Source of the DNA: a virus
Length of the DNA stretch: 64,000 nucleotides
IMG/VR virus record: IMGVR_UViG_3300036900_000443
Span: 4,496-68,495 of that record
Strand: one strand, 5' to 3'
The translations under genes were made by a program, and so were the position numbers. Of this stretch, positions 47,503-56,216 are shown in pieces; positions within the stretch are counted from its first letter, which is position 1, and every line of letters starts with the position of its first letter. The notes under the pieces are model-generated. The model was not told the DNA's origin. It made no database searches and was given only the letters and a program-made list of their open reading frames with translations.

Positions 47503-48209
47503 AAGTCATCATCGCCGGCAGCCGAGTAATTACCGATTCGGCCATCGTAGAGAAGGCGATCGCCGAAGCCGGCTTCAACGTCAGCGAGGTTGTTTCTGGC
47601 CACGCGAACGGGGTGGACAAGGTGGGCGAGAACTGGGCGTGGAGACGCTTTATCCCGGTACGCTGTTTTCCCGCAGACTGGAATCGCCATGGCAAGTCTG
47701 CCGGCGTACGACGCAATGAACAGATGGCTGCGTACGCCGAAGGCCTCATTGCTGTTTGGGATAACCAAAGCCGCGGCACGCAACACATGATCGAATGCGC
47801 CCGGATAAAGAAGCTGAAAGTCCACGTTCACATTCCGTCGGCGTTTCGACGTGATCCAGCTGAGTATGTTTCTAACGGAGACGAAGGATCGGAATTGGGC
47901 TGGGCGCTGGCGGACGAGGGCATGCAGCGGGCTGACGACCACAAATCGGAGGAGTGGAAAGCGGCAGCCGATCAAGCTATCGAGGATACCGCCCGCGCTC
48001 TCCCGCAATTAACCACCGACGACGTGCGGGGCCTGCTTGAAAAGCGAGGCTATGGCACCAAAAATTGCAGCGCGTTAGGAGCTCGCATGAAAGCGGCCAG
48101 GATACAGGGATGGATTGAGCCGGCGGGTGCGGTGAAGCGCTCTAAGATTTCCTCTACGCATTGTCGGCCCCAGCCTGTTTGGCTATCTCTCATTTACCAA
48201 GGCAAATAG
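47499..48209 (+). CDS. SLOG/YspA (DUF2493-like) domain fused to a C-terminal domain
   Basis: MKVIIAGSR, VVSGHANGVD..GE.WA, FPADWNRHGKSAG..RNEQMA, WDNQSRGT.HMI. Confidence 0.8.
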   Translation: MKVIIAGSRVITDSAIVEKAIAEAGFNVSEVVSGHANGVDKVGENWAWRRFIPVRCFPADWNRHGKSAGVRRNEQMAAYAEGLIAVWDNQSRGTQHMIECARIKKLKVHVHIPSAFRRDPAEYVSNGDEGSELGWALADEGMQRADDHKSEEWKAAADQAIEDTARALPQLTTDDVRGLLEKRGYGTKNCSALGARMKAARIQGWIEPAGAVKRSKISSTHCRPQPVWLSLIYQGK

Positions 48210-48213
48210 ATTT

Positions 48214-48444
48214 ATGTTGACCGAAGAAACTCAATCAGATCCAAGGCTGAAGGAATCGGTAATGCGGCTCGATGTGCCAATACGCGTCAAGAACGCTTTG
48301 TACTTTGGCCATGTTTGCACGATCGGCGACCTTGTGAACCAAACTCCAGAGTCGCTGTTTCGCTTAGACCAATGCGGAAAGGGCGCCATTCGCTGTATTC
48401 ACGAAGCGCTTGCCAAGCTCGGTCTATCGCTGAAGGCCGGTTAG
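48214..48444 (+). CDS. RNA polymerase alpha-CTD-like protein
   Basis: LDVPIRVKNAL....V.TIGDLV..T..SL......GK.....I...LAKLGLSL. Confidence 0.75.
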   Translation: MLTEETQSDPRLKESVMRLDVPIRVKNALYFGHVCTIGDLVNQTPESLFRLDQCGKGAIRCIHEALAKLGLSLKAG

Positions 48445-48484
48445 CTACAGTTAGCGTAGGCGCTTATGCTAATCTAATGGGCGT

Positions 48485-48721
48485 ATGAACACACCAAGCA
48501 AGCGCAAGAAAAGGGATAGGCCGCTCCCCACTGCGGTCAGCGGCACACTGAAGTATTCACTGCTGAATGCAGCAAGTCTACTGGGCCGCGCCGGAGGCAA
48601 GGTAAAAGTGCCGAAGGGCTTTGCCCGGATGGATCCGGCCAAGCGAATCCAAGCGATGAAGAGGTCGTTAGCCACTCGCAGGGCGAACGCAAGAAAGAGG
48701 CGGGCAAATGAAAAAGCGTAA
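48485..48721 (+). CDS. Small basic hypothetical protein
   Basis: AASLLGRAGGKV..PKGFA.M; overlaps the integrase start. Confidence 0.5.
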   Translation: MNTPSKRKKRDRPLPTAVSGTLKYSLLNAASLLGRAGGKVKVPKGFARMDPAKRIQAMKRSLATRRANARKRRANEKA

Positions 48722-49982
48722 GAAGACCACCTACGACGGCGTATTTTGGACCCTCGCCAAGAAGCCGGGCGTATACAAGATCCGTACACGCTTACTACGC
48801 GAGGATCATAAAGAATCTTGCAAGACCCTGCATCTGGCAAACGACCTGCAGGCGGAAGAGGCCTGCGAAGCCTGGAAGCAAGAAATCCAGGGCAAGAAGA
48901 GACAGCCCGGCGGCCCGCTCACGATCGGCGATCTGCTCGACGCCAACCTGAAGGACCAGGAGTATCACAAGAACAAAGCTATCGATGATGTACGCACGCG
49001 TATCGAGAAGCATCTGCGGCCGGCGCTCCTCACGATAGACGGCAAGCAGGTCAAGCTTGGAGATCTGCCGGCCAAAGATCTGACCTTTGACATCCTGCGG
49101 GATTACGTATTGCAGCGCCGCAAGGAACCCACACGAGGCGGCAGGTTAACTTGCGATCGCACGGTGAACCGCGAGATCGATTGCCTTTCGCATGGCTGGA
49201 AACTAAAGCGGGACAAGCTGCCGTTCTTCAACTTCGCTGTCCATAAGGTAAGCGAAGATGGCGGCATTCGCACTGGAGTCTTCAGCGAGGAAAATTATCA
49301 GCGGCTCTTCCACCGGTCTCCATCCTTCGCGAAGTTGCCGCTGTCTGTGATTCGCTTGACCGGCACGCGTCCGGGGGAGTTGCTCGAGACGCTGTGGGAA
49401 TGGGTGGACTGGGCCGAGGATCCCTGGGTGATTCGGGCGCCCGGCGTAGCCAGGAACGAAGCGGGCACTGAGGCAGGCATCACGAAAAATACCAAGGAGC
49501 ACGGCATCCTCATTTTCGCGGAAGCGCGAGAGCTCCTGAAGTGGGCCTATCAGACGCGCAATCCAGATTGCCCTTACATCTTTCAGAAAGATGGCGAGCG
49601 GCTGACCTACAGCAAGTTCTACAACGCGTACAAGGAAGTGCGCAATGAGCTTGGGCTAAAAAACTTGCCTTACGATTTGAAGCGCCTAGCAGTCGTCAGC
49701 ATGTTGCGTGATAAACAGCCCACCAACAAGATCATGGCCATGACGGGACACCGTGATCCCAAGATGATTATTCGCTATGGACAGATGAAGCTCGAAGACG
49801 CCAAGCAAGTGGCCCGTGATCAAGAGCTCTATCTCGAGAAAATTAGAAAGGGGGACAAAATGTCCCCCTTTACTGAGTCCACATCCGAGCCAAAAGACCT
49901 CGCAAAGACCACTTCAGTTCAGTCTGCGGACACGATTGCGGATCCGCCAATTGTCTCGCCTGACCGCGAGAAATTGAACTAA
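48708..49982 (+). CDS. int: Tyrosine recombinase/integrase
   Basis: TVNREI..L, TG.RPGELL, TKN, YDLKR, MAMTGH, IRY; adjacent to a tRNA fragment. Confidence 0.88.
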   Translation: MKKRKKTTYDGVFWTLAKKPGVYKIRTRLLREDHKESCKTLHLANDLQAEEACEAWKQEIQGKKRQPGGPLTIGDLLDANLKDQEYHKNKAIDDVRTRIEKHLRPALLTIDGKQVKLGDLPAKDLTFDILRDYVLQRRKEPTRGGRLTCDRTVNREIDCLSHGWKLKRDKLPFFNFAVHKVSEDGGIRTGVFSEENYQRLFHRSPSFAKLPLSVIRLTGTRPGELLETLWEWVDWAEDPWVIRAPGVARNEAGTEAGITKNTKEHGILIFAEARELLKWAYQTRNPDCPYIFQKDGERLTYSKFYNAYKEVRNELGLKNLPYDLKRLAVVSMLRDKQPTNKIMAMTGHRDPKMIIRYGQMKLEDAKQVARDQELYLEKIRKGDKMSPFTESTSEPKDLAKTTSVQSADTIADPPIVSPDREKLN

Positions 49983-50270
49983 GCCGCAAAGCGAAACGAG
50001 CATATATCGTGCACTTAACTACTTACAAACACTTGGCGGAGAGGCAGGGATTCGAACCCTGGGTGCACCCTCTTCGAGCGCACGACGGTTTAGCAAACCG
50101 CCGTTCGTTCGATGCTGGACCAACGGCCAAGAAAATATCAAGCACTTACGCCGAATACATAGGGGATTGTCCTTGGTGCTAAACGATAGCCTAAGCTGCG
50201 AAAAAGATAAATTGCGGACGGATTGCGGACTGGATAGTGGCAAACACTGTGAATATTTTGCCATTGCGGC
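49923..50270 (+). repeat. Putative integrase arm-type sites flanking the attP core
   Basis: TCTGCGGAC at 49923 and ATTGCGGAT at 49935 on the left; ATTGCGGAC at 50211 and 50222 and ATTGCGGC at 50263 on the right. Confidence 0.6.
50034..50103 (-). mobile_element. attP core: 3' part of tRNA-Ser(GCT)
   Basis: Minus strand reads GGCGGTTTGCTAAACCGTC, a long variable arm, then GGGTTCGAATCCCTGCCTCTCCGCCA. The acceptor 5' strand and D-arm are absent. Confidence 0.8.
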
Positions 50271-50446
50271 CACTAAGTCTGGCATGAGCATATTAGTCAA
50301 TAGACACGGCACTGAAACGTGGGGGACTAAAGTGTACAAGATTAATAATGCAGATGGAAGCTAATAAATACAGAGGCCCCTTCTGGCCCCCTGCAGCGGG
50401 GGACTGATATACTCGCAGACGTAAGGGGAAAGCTTAAAACACACAC

Positions 50447-51238
50447 ATGACACGACGACAAAAAGGAACGGGAAGCATCCGTTATCGACAAGGGAAATGG
50501 CAAATTCGCTGGCCAGACAGAGAGGGAAATTCCCAAAGCGCATTGATCAATGTGCGCAGCCGTGACGCAGCGGAACAGGAGCTGCAGAAGCGAATACAGG
50601 CAGAGCAGGAGCGGATGCCGCCAAGCCCCGGCCCTGAAGAATCCTTAGGCCCTGGGCAGAAGGGTTCGCTCCGGCAAAAGCCAAATGGGATCTGGGAGTT
50701 TCGCTACTACGATGAAGCGGGTGAACGGCAGTATCTATACGCCAAAAGCCTCGAGAAACTAGAGGAAAAGCGGCAGCAAATTCAGCCAGGGCTCAAGCTG
50801 GTTCCGCTTGCTCTTCCGTCGGCGCCCCCTGGAACAGACGTGACGCTCATGCCAGATGGCCGGTGGCGCCTGCGCTGGAAAGACAAGAACGCTAACCAGC
50901 GAAATGAATACATCCTCGTTGCCGGCGAGACAGAGGCCAAACAAGAGCTCGCAAAGCGCTACTCGCCCGCAGAAGAAAAGCCGGTCACCAGCGTCCAGAA
51001 ACACCGATCGGACTACACGGTCACCATTCGACAAAAGAAGAACGGTAGCTACGAAATTCGCTATTACCTGGACGGCAAGCGCAAGAGCCAATACGCCCCC
51101 ACAGCTGAGCTTGCCGAGCTAAAGAGGCAGAATCTGCTGGCCGGCGGAGGAGGCGAAGCCTTGCAGGAGCTATACGCTCTAAAAATTGCACAACTGAGCG
51201 CAGCGCTAGAAGCCCTGAAAAAAGAAATGAAGGGATAA
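50447..51238 (+). CDS. Protein with four tandem integrase-arm-like beta-sheet DNA-binding repeats
   Basis: GSIRYRQGKWQIRW, GSLRQKPNGIWEFRY, VTLMPDGRWRLRW, TIRQKKNGSYEIRY, each followed by a helix. Confidence 0.6.
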   Translation: MTRRQKGTGSIRYRQGKWQIRWPDREGNSQSALINVRSRDAAEQELQKRIQAEQERMPPSPGPEESLGPGQKGSLRQKPNGIWEFRYYDEAGERQYLYAKSLEKLEEKRQQIQPGLKLVPLALPSAPPGTDVTLMPDGRWRLRWKDKNANQRNEYILVAGETEAKQELAKRYSPAEEKPVTSVQKHRSDYTVTIRQKKNGSYEIRYYLDGKRKSQYAPTAELAELKRQNLLAGGGGEALQELYALKIAQLSAALEALKKEMKG

Positions 51239-51252
51239 AATTGACATTCGCC

Positions 51253-51624
51253 ATGAGTGCAAAGCGCATCAAGAAACACAGGCAGGGTGGAAGAATTGTG
51301 CGACTCCCTCCGGAAGCAGTGGAGGTGATGAAGGAGCAGGACAGGCTCTTTCAGGAAAAGTTCGGACGGCCGCCAGGGCCGGACGACCCTATATTTTGGG
51401 ATCCGGATGAGGCGGAACCGAAGCCGTATACCGCAGAGAAGATGGAAGAGCTGTGGAGCGAGATTGTGCAGGCAGCGGCGAATGCGGGAATTGACCCAGC
51501 CGCAATCTACGCCATGAAGAAGACGGGACGGATTCTAACGGAAAAGTCGCCGGCCACAAGAGAACAAATTGAAGAATGGAACCAGGCGATTGCAGAGTAC
51601 TACGAACGACAGGGACATGCCTGA
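51253..51624 (+). CDS. Hypothetical protein
   Basis: F.EKFGRPPGPDDPIFWDPD...GIDPA.IYA.KKTG.I.TE. Confidence 0.65.
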   Translation: MSAKRIKKHRQGGRIVRLPPEAVEVMKEQDRLFQEKFGRPPGPDDPIFWDPDEAEPKPYTAEKMEELWSEIVQAAANAGIDPAAIYAMKKTGRILTEKSPATREQIEEWNQAIAEYYERQGHA

Positions 51625-51629
51625 CCAAG

Positions 51630-51944
51630 ATGCCTTCGACAGAAGAAGTCTTCGCGAGGTTACACGCTTATATCGACCGGGTTCACGAAGAACGGGTCCG
51701 CCTGCGTCAGGAACGAGACCGCTACCGGGCCTCGTACGAGGGGGCGGTGGCTGCGGCGAAACACCTAGAGGATCAGGTAGGATGCCGAGACGTTGAGATC
51801 CAGCGGTTGGTCGAATATATCGTAGAGCTTCGGGACGCACTGGAACAGGTGCGTAGAACCGATTACGTCTCGAATCACCTGTGCTGCACTTGCTACATTT
51901 GCAAGGCGCTAGGCGCTAAAGAGAGGAATGCCCCTGTCGTCTAA
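51630..51944 (+). CDS. Coiled-coil hypothetical protein
   Basis: Heptad pattern; C-terminal CCTC..C; ends ERNAPVV across the first cassette junction. Confidence 0.55.
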   Translation: MPSTEEVFARLHAYIDRVHEERVRLRQERDRYRASYEGAVAAAKHLEDQVGCRDVEIQRLVEYIVELRDALEQVRRTDYVSNHLCCTCYICKALGAKERNAPVV

Positions 51945-52552
51945 AGAGCGCCTAGTGGCAGAACGCTGCATCGAGATTGCCGAGACCTACTCGGATCAGA
52001 TGTGGCGGCTCTATAAGCGCGGCTGGGGGCCGGAGCGGGCGGACCCGCACTGGCAAGGACTTTCGGACGGGGCCGCAGAAGTCGCCGAATTGATTCGCAA
52101 AGAATTCAAGATTGCCGCCAAGGAGATTCGCTGAATGCCCAACAAGGAGTGGCATATCTACCCCGACGTGCAGCCGCTAGCCTACGAAGACTGGGTCGCA
52201 GAGGTCGAGAGGCTGCTCCAGCAAGAAGGGTACCCGTGGGAGCTATACACCGAGCGTGACGGCATTCTGTTTGAATTGTGGGTAGAAGGCTTCACGCCAT
52301 GGTTTGGAGCGGAAGAGGCCCTGATTACGACATGAGATTTAGGCTGCGAGGAGCGGAGAGAATGGCCCCTGACAATTGGCTGGCCGAAATCTTGGATGTC
52401 TTCTTCAATGGACGTCCCGCCAGGACGACTGCCGTCCCGAAGGTTACGGTGCAGGAATTGGTCCGGCGCAAGACCTCGCACATCCTGCTGGAGGGAAAGC
52501 TGTACCGCATAGAGGTGCGGGAGGTAAGTACGAGCAAGGACAAGTGAAAGAA

Positions 52553-52768
52553 ATGCCCCCTAACGATCCAGTGAATCATCCCGCGCATTACACCTCGCAT
52601 CCCGCCGGCATCGAATGCATCGATGTGGTAGAGCACATGTGTTTCAATTTGGGCAACGCCATCAAATACATTTGGCGTTTCGAGAAGAAGAACGGCGTGG
52701 AAGACTTAAAGAAAGCCCGCTGGTATTTGAACCGGGAGATCGCGAGGCTAGAAAGAAATGCCCCTTGA
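52553..52768 (+). CDS. DUF3310 (SaV/T7 gp1.7-like) protein
   Basis: DPVNHPAHY....IECID....F.LGNAIKYIWR...KNG.EDLKKARWYL.REI. Confidence 0.85.
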   Translation: MPPNDPVNHPAHYTSHPAGIECIDVVEHMCFNLGNAIKYIWRFEKKNGVEDLKKARWYLNREIARLERNAP

Positions 52769-53963
52769 CGACCGGAGGCCGTTCTGGACGCGAAGCCGTT
52801 TCCGTTGGCGCTGCGGCTATCGCGTGCCACGCTGGCTGTATTACCGGAAGCTAGAGGAACTAGCGGCGGCCGGCATACGCCACGAAGACCTGCCTCCCAT
52901 GTCCTATTACGCCGTCATGCGGTTAAGCGCAGAAGAAGCGCGGAGAATGAAGAGAAATGGTAAATAGCCTCACGCCGTCTGCCATTGTGCAGCTCATCTT
53001 TCTAATCGGACAACTGTTCTTCGTTGCCTATCTGGCCCATCTTGCACGTCAGGACCGGAAGGCAGATCGTCAGTTATTGGAAAGCATGGACCGCATCGAG
53101 ATGCTGTTGACGAAAGAGGCGCAACAACGCCGAATTATCCAGAAGGTCACAAGCCACTGAGGAAATCTGAAAAATGCCCCTGACTGAGGAAGACAGCGGC
53201 CAATCGTCCGCAGAAGATCAAGAAGACGAGCCGTTGGCGAGTGTATCGTTAATGCCTGCGGAATGGTCGTTTGTCATCTCCTGTTTGGCTCGTGTGGCTC
53301 AAGAGCGTCTCTCGCAGACAAAAGAGTGCTGTGCTTATGCTTACAAGATGCAATGTAAGATCGTTGCCGGATTAGCGGCACAGGAGAGGAATGCCCCTGG
53401 CGCAGGACAATAGCAGCATGCCGTCCGCAACGCGCTACAAGAGCCTGACCCTGATCCTGCAATCAGAAGATGGCAGCACCCGGATCAAACTAGACGATCC
53501 GAGTCGCGACCTGATGCTTGCTGACAGCATCATTGCCCCGTTGGTCCGGTTGCACGAATCTACGATGGGCGAACCTGCGGCAACCGAATTGCCGTCCTGC
53601 AAAACTCCCTCGGAGGAAATCTGAGAAATGCCCCCTGAGACGGAAATTAGCATTACGCTTACGTTCGCTGAATGGGTAGAAGTCATGGTTGCGGTAAGTG
53701 GCGCGGCACACGCTAGCTCGGCAGACAAAGTAGTCGAACTGTTAAGGGAATCGCACTGTACCATCTCGCAAACCTTGTTAAAAGCACATACGGCATATGC
53801 CAAGGAGAGAAATGCCGCTGACGCAGGACAATAGCCGCATGCCCAGAAATCCGTTTATGCCGGGGTCGCTCGAAACAGTATCGGTACATTGGCTTGCACG
53901 CCAGTGTCTCTCCGCCAGGAGAGGATTCCCGGCTCCCATAAGTGCCTCCGAGGAATCCTAGAA

Positions 53964-54200
53964 ATGCCCCTGCCTGAAAAAATCCCAGAGAGCTTTGAGC
54001 GTGCTGTGGTGAGTGTGGAATATGATCTCGACAAGAACTGGAGTCACGTAGGGCTGGCGTGCGGTCACACTAGTTATGTACTGGATTACTGGAATGCGCC
54101 CACAAAATACTGCCCATCGTGCGTGCATCAGAAGCTAAAGGCCCTACTTAGCGTCAGGCCACCGGACGGACATCCAGTGGACATTCCAGAGGAGTCTTGA
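53964..54200 (+). CDS. Zinc-finger cassette gene
   Basis: LACGH...CPSC; MPL start and EES-stop end. Confidence 0.55.
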   Translation: MPLPEKIPESFERAVVSVEYDLDKNWSHVGLACGHTSYVLDYWNAPTKYCPSCVHQKLKALLSVRPPDGHPVDIPEES

Positions 54201-54701
54201 GAAATGCCCCTGGCGCAGGACAATAGCAGCATGTACCTCTTCGGCCCAGAAGATGCAGGAATCAGCCTGAATACGGAAAGTAAACTGCAAGCCGCGCTCC
54301 GCACGGCAGATGCCTGTGCAATCGTTGCAGAGCAGTATGCGGCAGAGATCCGGCGATTACAGGCAGGAAACGATTGGGAGGCCAAGGCGGCTGGAGCAGA
54401 AATGGCAGCGGCGTTGATTCGTTCCCGATTCAACGTTCTTTACGTCAAGCCTGCAGGAGAAATCTGAGAAATGCCCCTGTATCGTGAAAAGCTTCAGCGC
54501 GTCGAGTTCCCGCGTAAACAAACCAATGTCGTAGATCGACTGGTGCGTCCCGTTGTGCGATTGTATGCACGCATGGGAGAATCCGGCACGATCAACTTAG
54601 AAGCACTGGCGCGTGATTGCTACATGCAGGGACTACTAGATGGTGTTCAGATAGCACCGCGATTGCTTCTCGCAAAACTACCGAAGGAGGAAATCTGAGA
54701 A

Positions 54702-54932
54702 ATGCCCCCTGTCTTTAAAATCGGCTCTCGCGTTCGATATCGCTGGGGGCATCGGGATACTGGGACTATCACAGGCCGCGTTCGCTGTAGCGTTTTCTGT
54801 TGGTCTGTGTGTTGGGATCACGATCCGCATGGATCTCGCGGCGTAGCGTACGAAGAGAATTTGGAGTTAATCGATAGCGCACCAGCGTCCATGCTACAGC
54901 CTGAAACGGAGAGAAATGCCCCTGGTTCCTGA
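54702..54932 (+). CDS. SH3/KOW-like small cassette gene
   Basis: FKIGSRVRY....GTIT....V.WD......E..LEL. Confidence 0.55.
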   Translation: MPPVFKIGSRVRYRWGHRDTGTITGRVRCSVFCWSVCWDHDPHGSRGVAYEENLELIDSAPASMLQPETERNAPGS

Positions 54933-55304
54933 AAAGCTCAGCGTTGCGTTATACCGTCACGAATGGCGCTTAGTGCTTGCTGGACTGTTGGTGCTAGAAA
55001 AACAGGTGGTATTCAAGGAACCGGATTTCCCGCAGATCATCGTGGACATCCATTTGGCTCAGCGCGTGATTGAGAAAGCTGTCAAGCGCGAAGAAACTCC
55101 TGAAGACAAGCCACAGGAAAATCTCCAGCCGCAAACACCTGACGAATAACGCCACGTCCGATAACTAGGAATACTGTAAGCAGGGGAGAGGTTGTTCCTG
55201 CCTCGCCCCCGTTGCATGCAATCGCGCAGTTCTCTCGGTGCTCTCAGTAAGCTAAACGGCTGAACTGCTCGAACAGTAATATATCACTTCTTCCCTGCAA
55301 ATCG

Positions 55305-55327
55305 AAAAGCCGGGATAGCGTCCCGGC
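55305..55327 (-). terminator. Intrinsic terminator (minus strand)
   Basis: GCCGGGA/TCCCGGC stem at 55309-55327, followed by TTTT on the minus strand. Confidence 0.6.
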
Positions 55328-55365
55328 CTTCGAAATCCACCTTGTAGGGCAGAAAGGAGGTTCGT

Positions 55366-55440
55366 ATGAACCTTCTGATACTGCTCCTGATTGTACTACT
55401 GGTCAGGAATGCGCGGCTAAAGATCGAAATCGATCTCTAG
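55366..55440 (+). CDS. 24-aa hydrophobic peptide, candidate type I toxin
   Basis: AGAAAGGAGG RBS; MNLLILLLIVLLVRNARLKIEIDL; flanked by hairpins. Confidence 0.6.
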   Translation: MNLLILLLIVLLVRNARLKIEIDL

Positions 55441-55583
55441 CTAGCGCAAGAGGGCGGGCGGGTCACATCCATCCGCCCTCTCAGCATCTAATATAAAGCG
55501 AACGGCTACAGCCGAGACAGCGCCCACAGAATCAAAATACAGACCACCACAATAAAGGCCGCCATCAGTAGCAGCGGTAGCAA

Positions 55584-56180
55584 CTAGTCTTTGTCTTCTT
55601 CTTTGGCTAGCGGGTTCACCATCGGCGGGTGGCTCTCCGGCGGGGCGAGTGCCCATACCCAGCCGATGCCCGGCACATACACCTGCAGCCAGCGCGGATC
55701 ATCGCTCGGTGGCCGGTTGATCGGATTGGTGACGGAAGCGTCTTCGCCACCACCCCCACCACCACCTGGGGGCTGCGGAGGAAGAACGATCGGATGCGAC
55801 GGATGGCCGGGACTCGGCCAAATCCCCGGTGGGTAGAAGATGGGATGCTCCGGATGTCCCGGTGATGGCCAGATCCCTGGGGGCGGATTGTAAATCGGAT
55901 GCGTGGGCACGCCTGGGCTGGGCCAAATGCTCGGCGGCCAATAGATTGGGTGGGTGGGGCGGCCTGGGTCCGGCCAGATTCCCGGCGCGGGCGGGACCAC
56001 GATAGGGTGCGTGGGCACGCCGGGCGACGGCCAGATGCCGGGCGGTGGATTGTAGATAGGATGTGTCGGCACGCCAGGAGAAGGCCAAATGCTGGGCGGC
56101 TGTTCCGGCGGCAAGACGATGGGATGCTCCGGATGCCCCTCGGAGGAGATGGGGATAATCCATGCTAAGAACTTGCTCAT
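55584..56180 (-). CDS. Proline-rich repeat protein
   Basis: Six P(G/S)IWP(S/D)PG.P.HPI repeats; AAGGAA RBS. Confidence 0.7.
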   Translation of the reverse strand: MSKFLAWIIPISSEGHPEHPIVLPPEQPPSIWPSPGVPTHPIYNPPPGIWPSPGVPTHPIVVPPAPGIWPDPGRPTHPIYWPPSIWPSPGVPTHPIYNPPPGIWPSPGHPEHPIFYPPGIWPSPGHPSHPIVLPPQPPGGGGGGGEDASVTNPINRPPSDDPRWLQVYVPGIGWVWALAPPESHPPMVNPLAKEEDKD

Positions 56181-56216
56181 GTTTTCCTTTCTAATTGCTC
56201 ACTAGTGGCTCACTAG

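Larger units (their letters stand above)
51921..55149 (+). repeat. Array of 14 short genes joined by shared GAG(GAAATCTG)AGAAATGCCCC(T) junctions
   Basis: Junction-type ATGs at 51928, 52135, 52553, 52758, 52957, 53174, 53391, 53628, 53812, 53964, 54204, 54471, 54702 and 54916; 13 of 14 begin Met-Pro. Confidence 0.75.

Noticed and set aside
50034-50125. Complete functional tRNA-Ser gene
   Set aside because: No 5' acceptor strand complementary to CTCTCC and no D-arm; treated as the att core.
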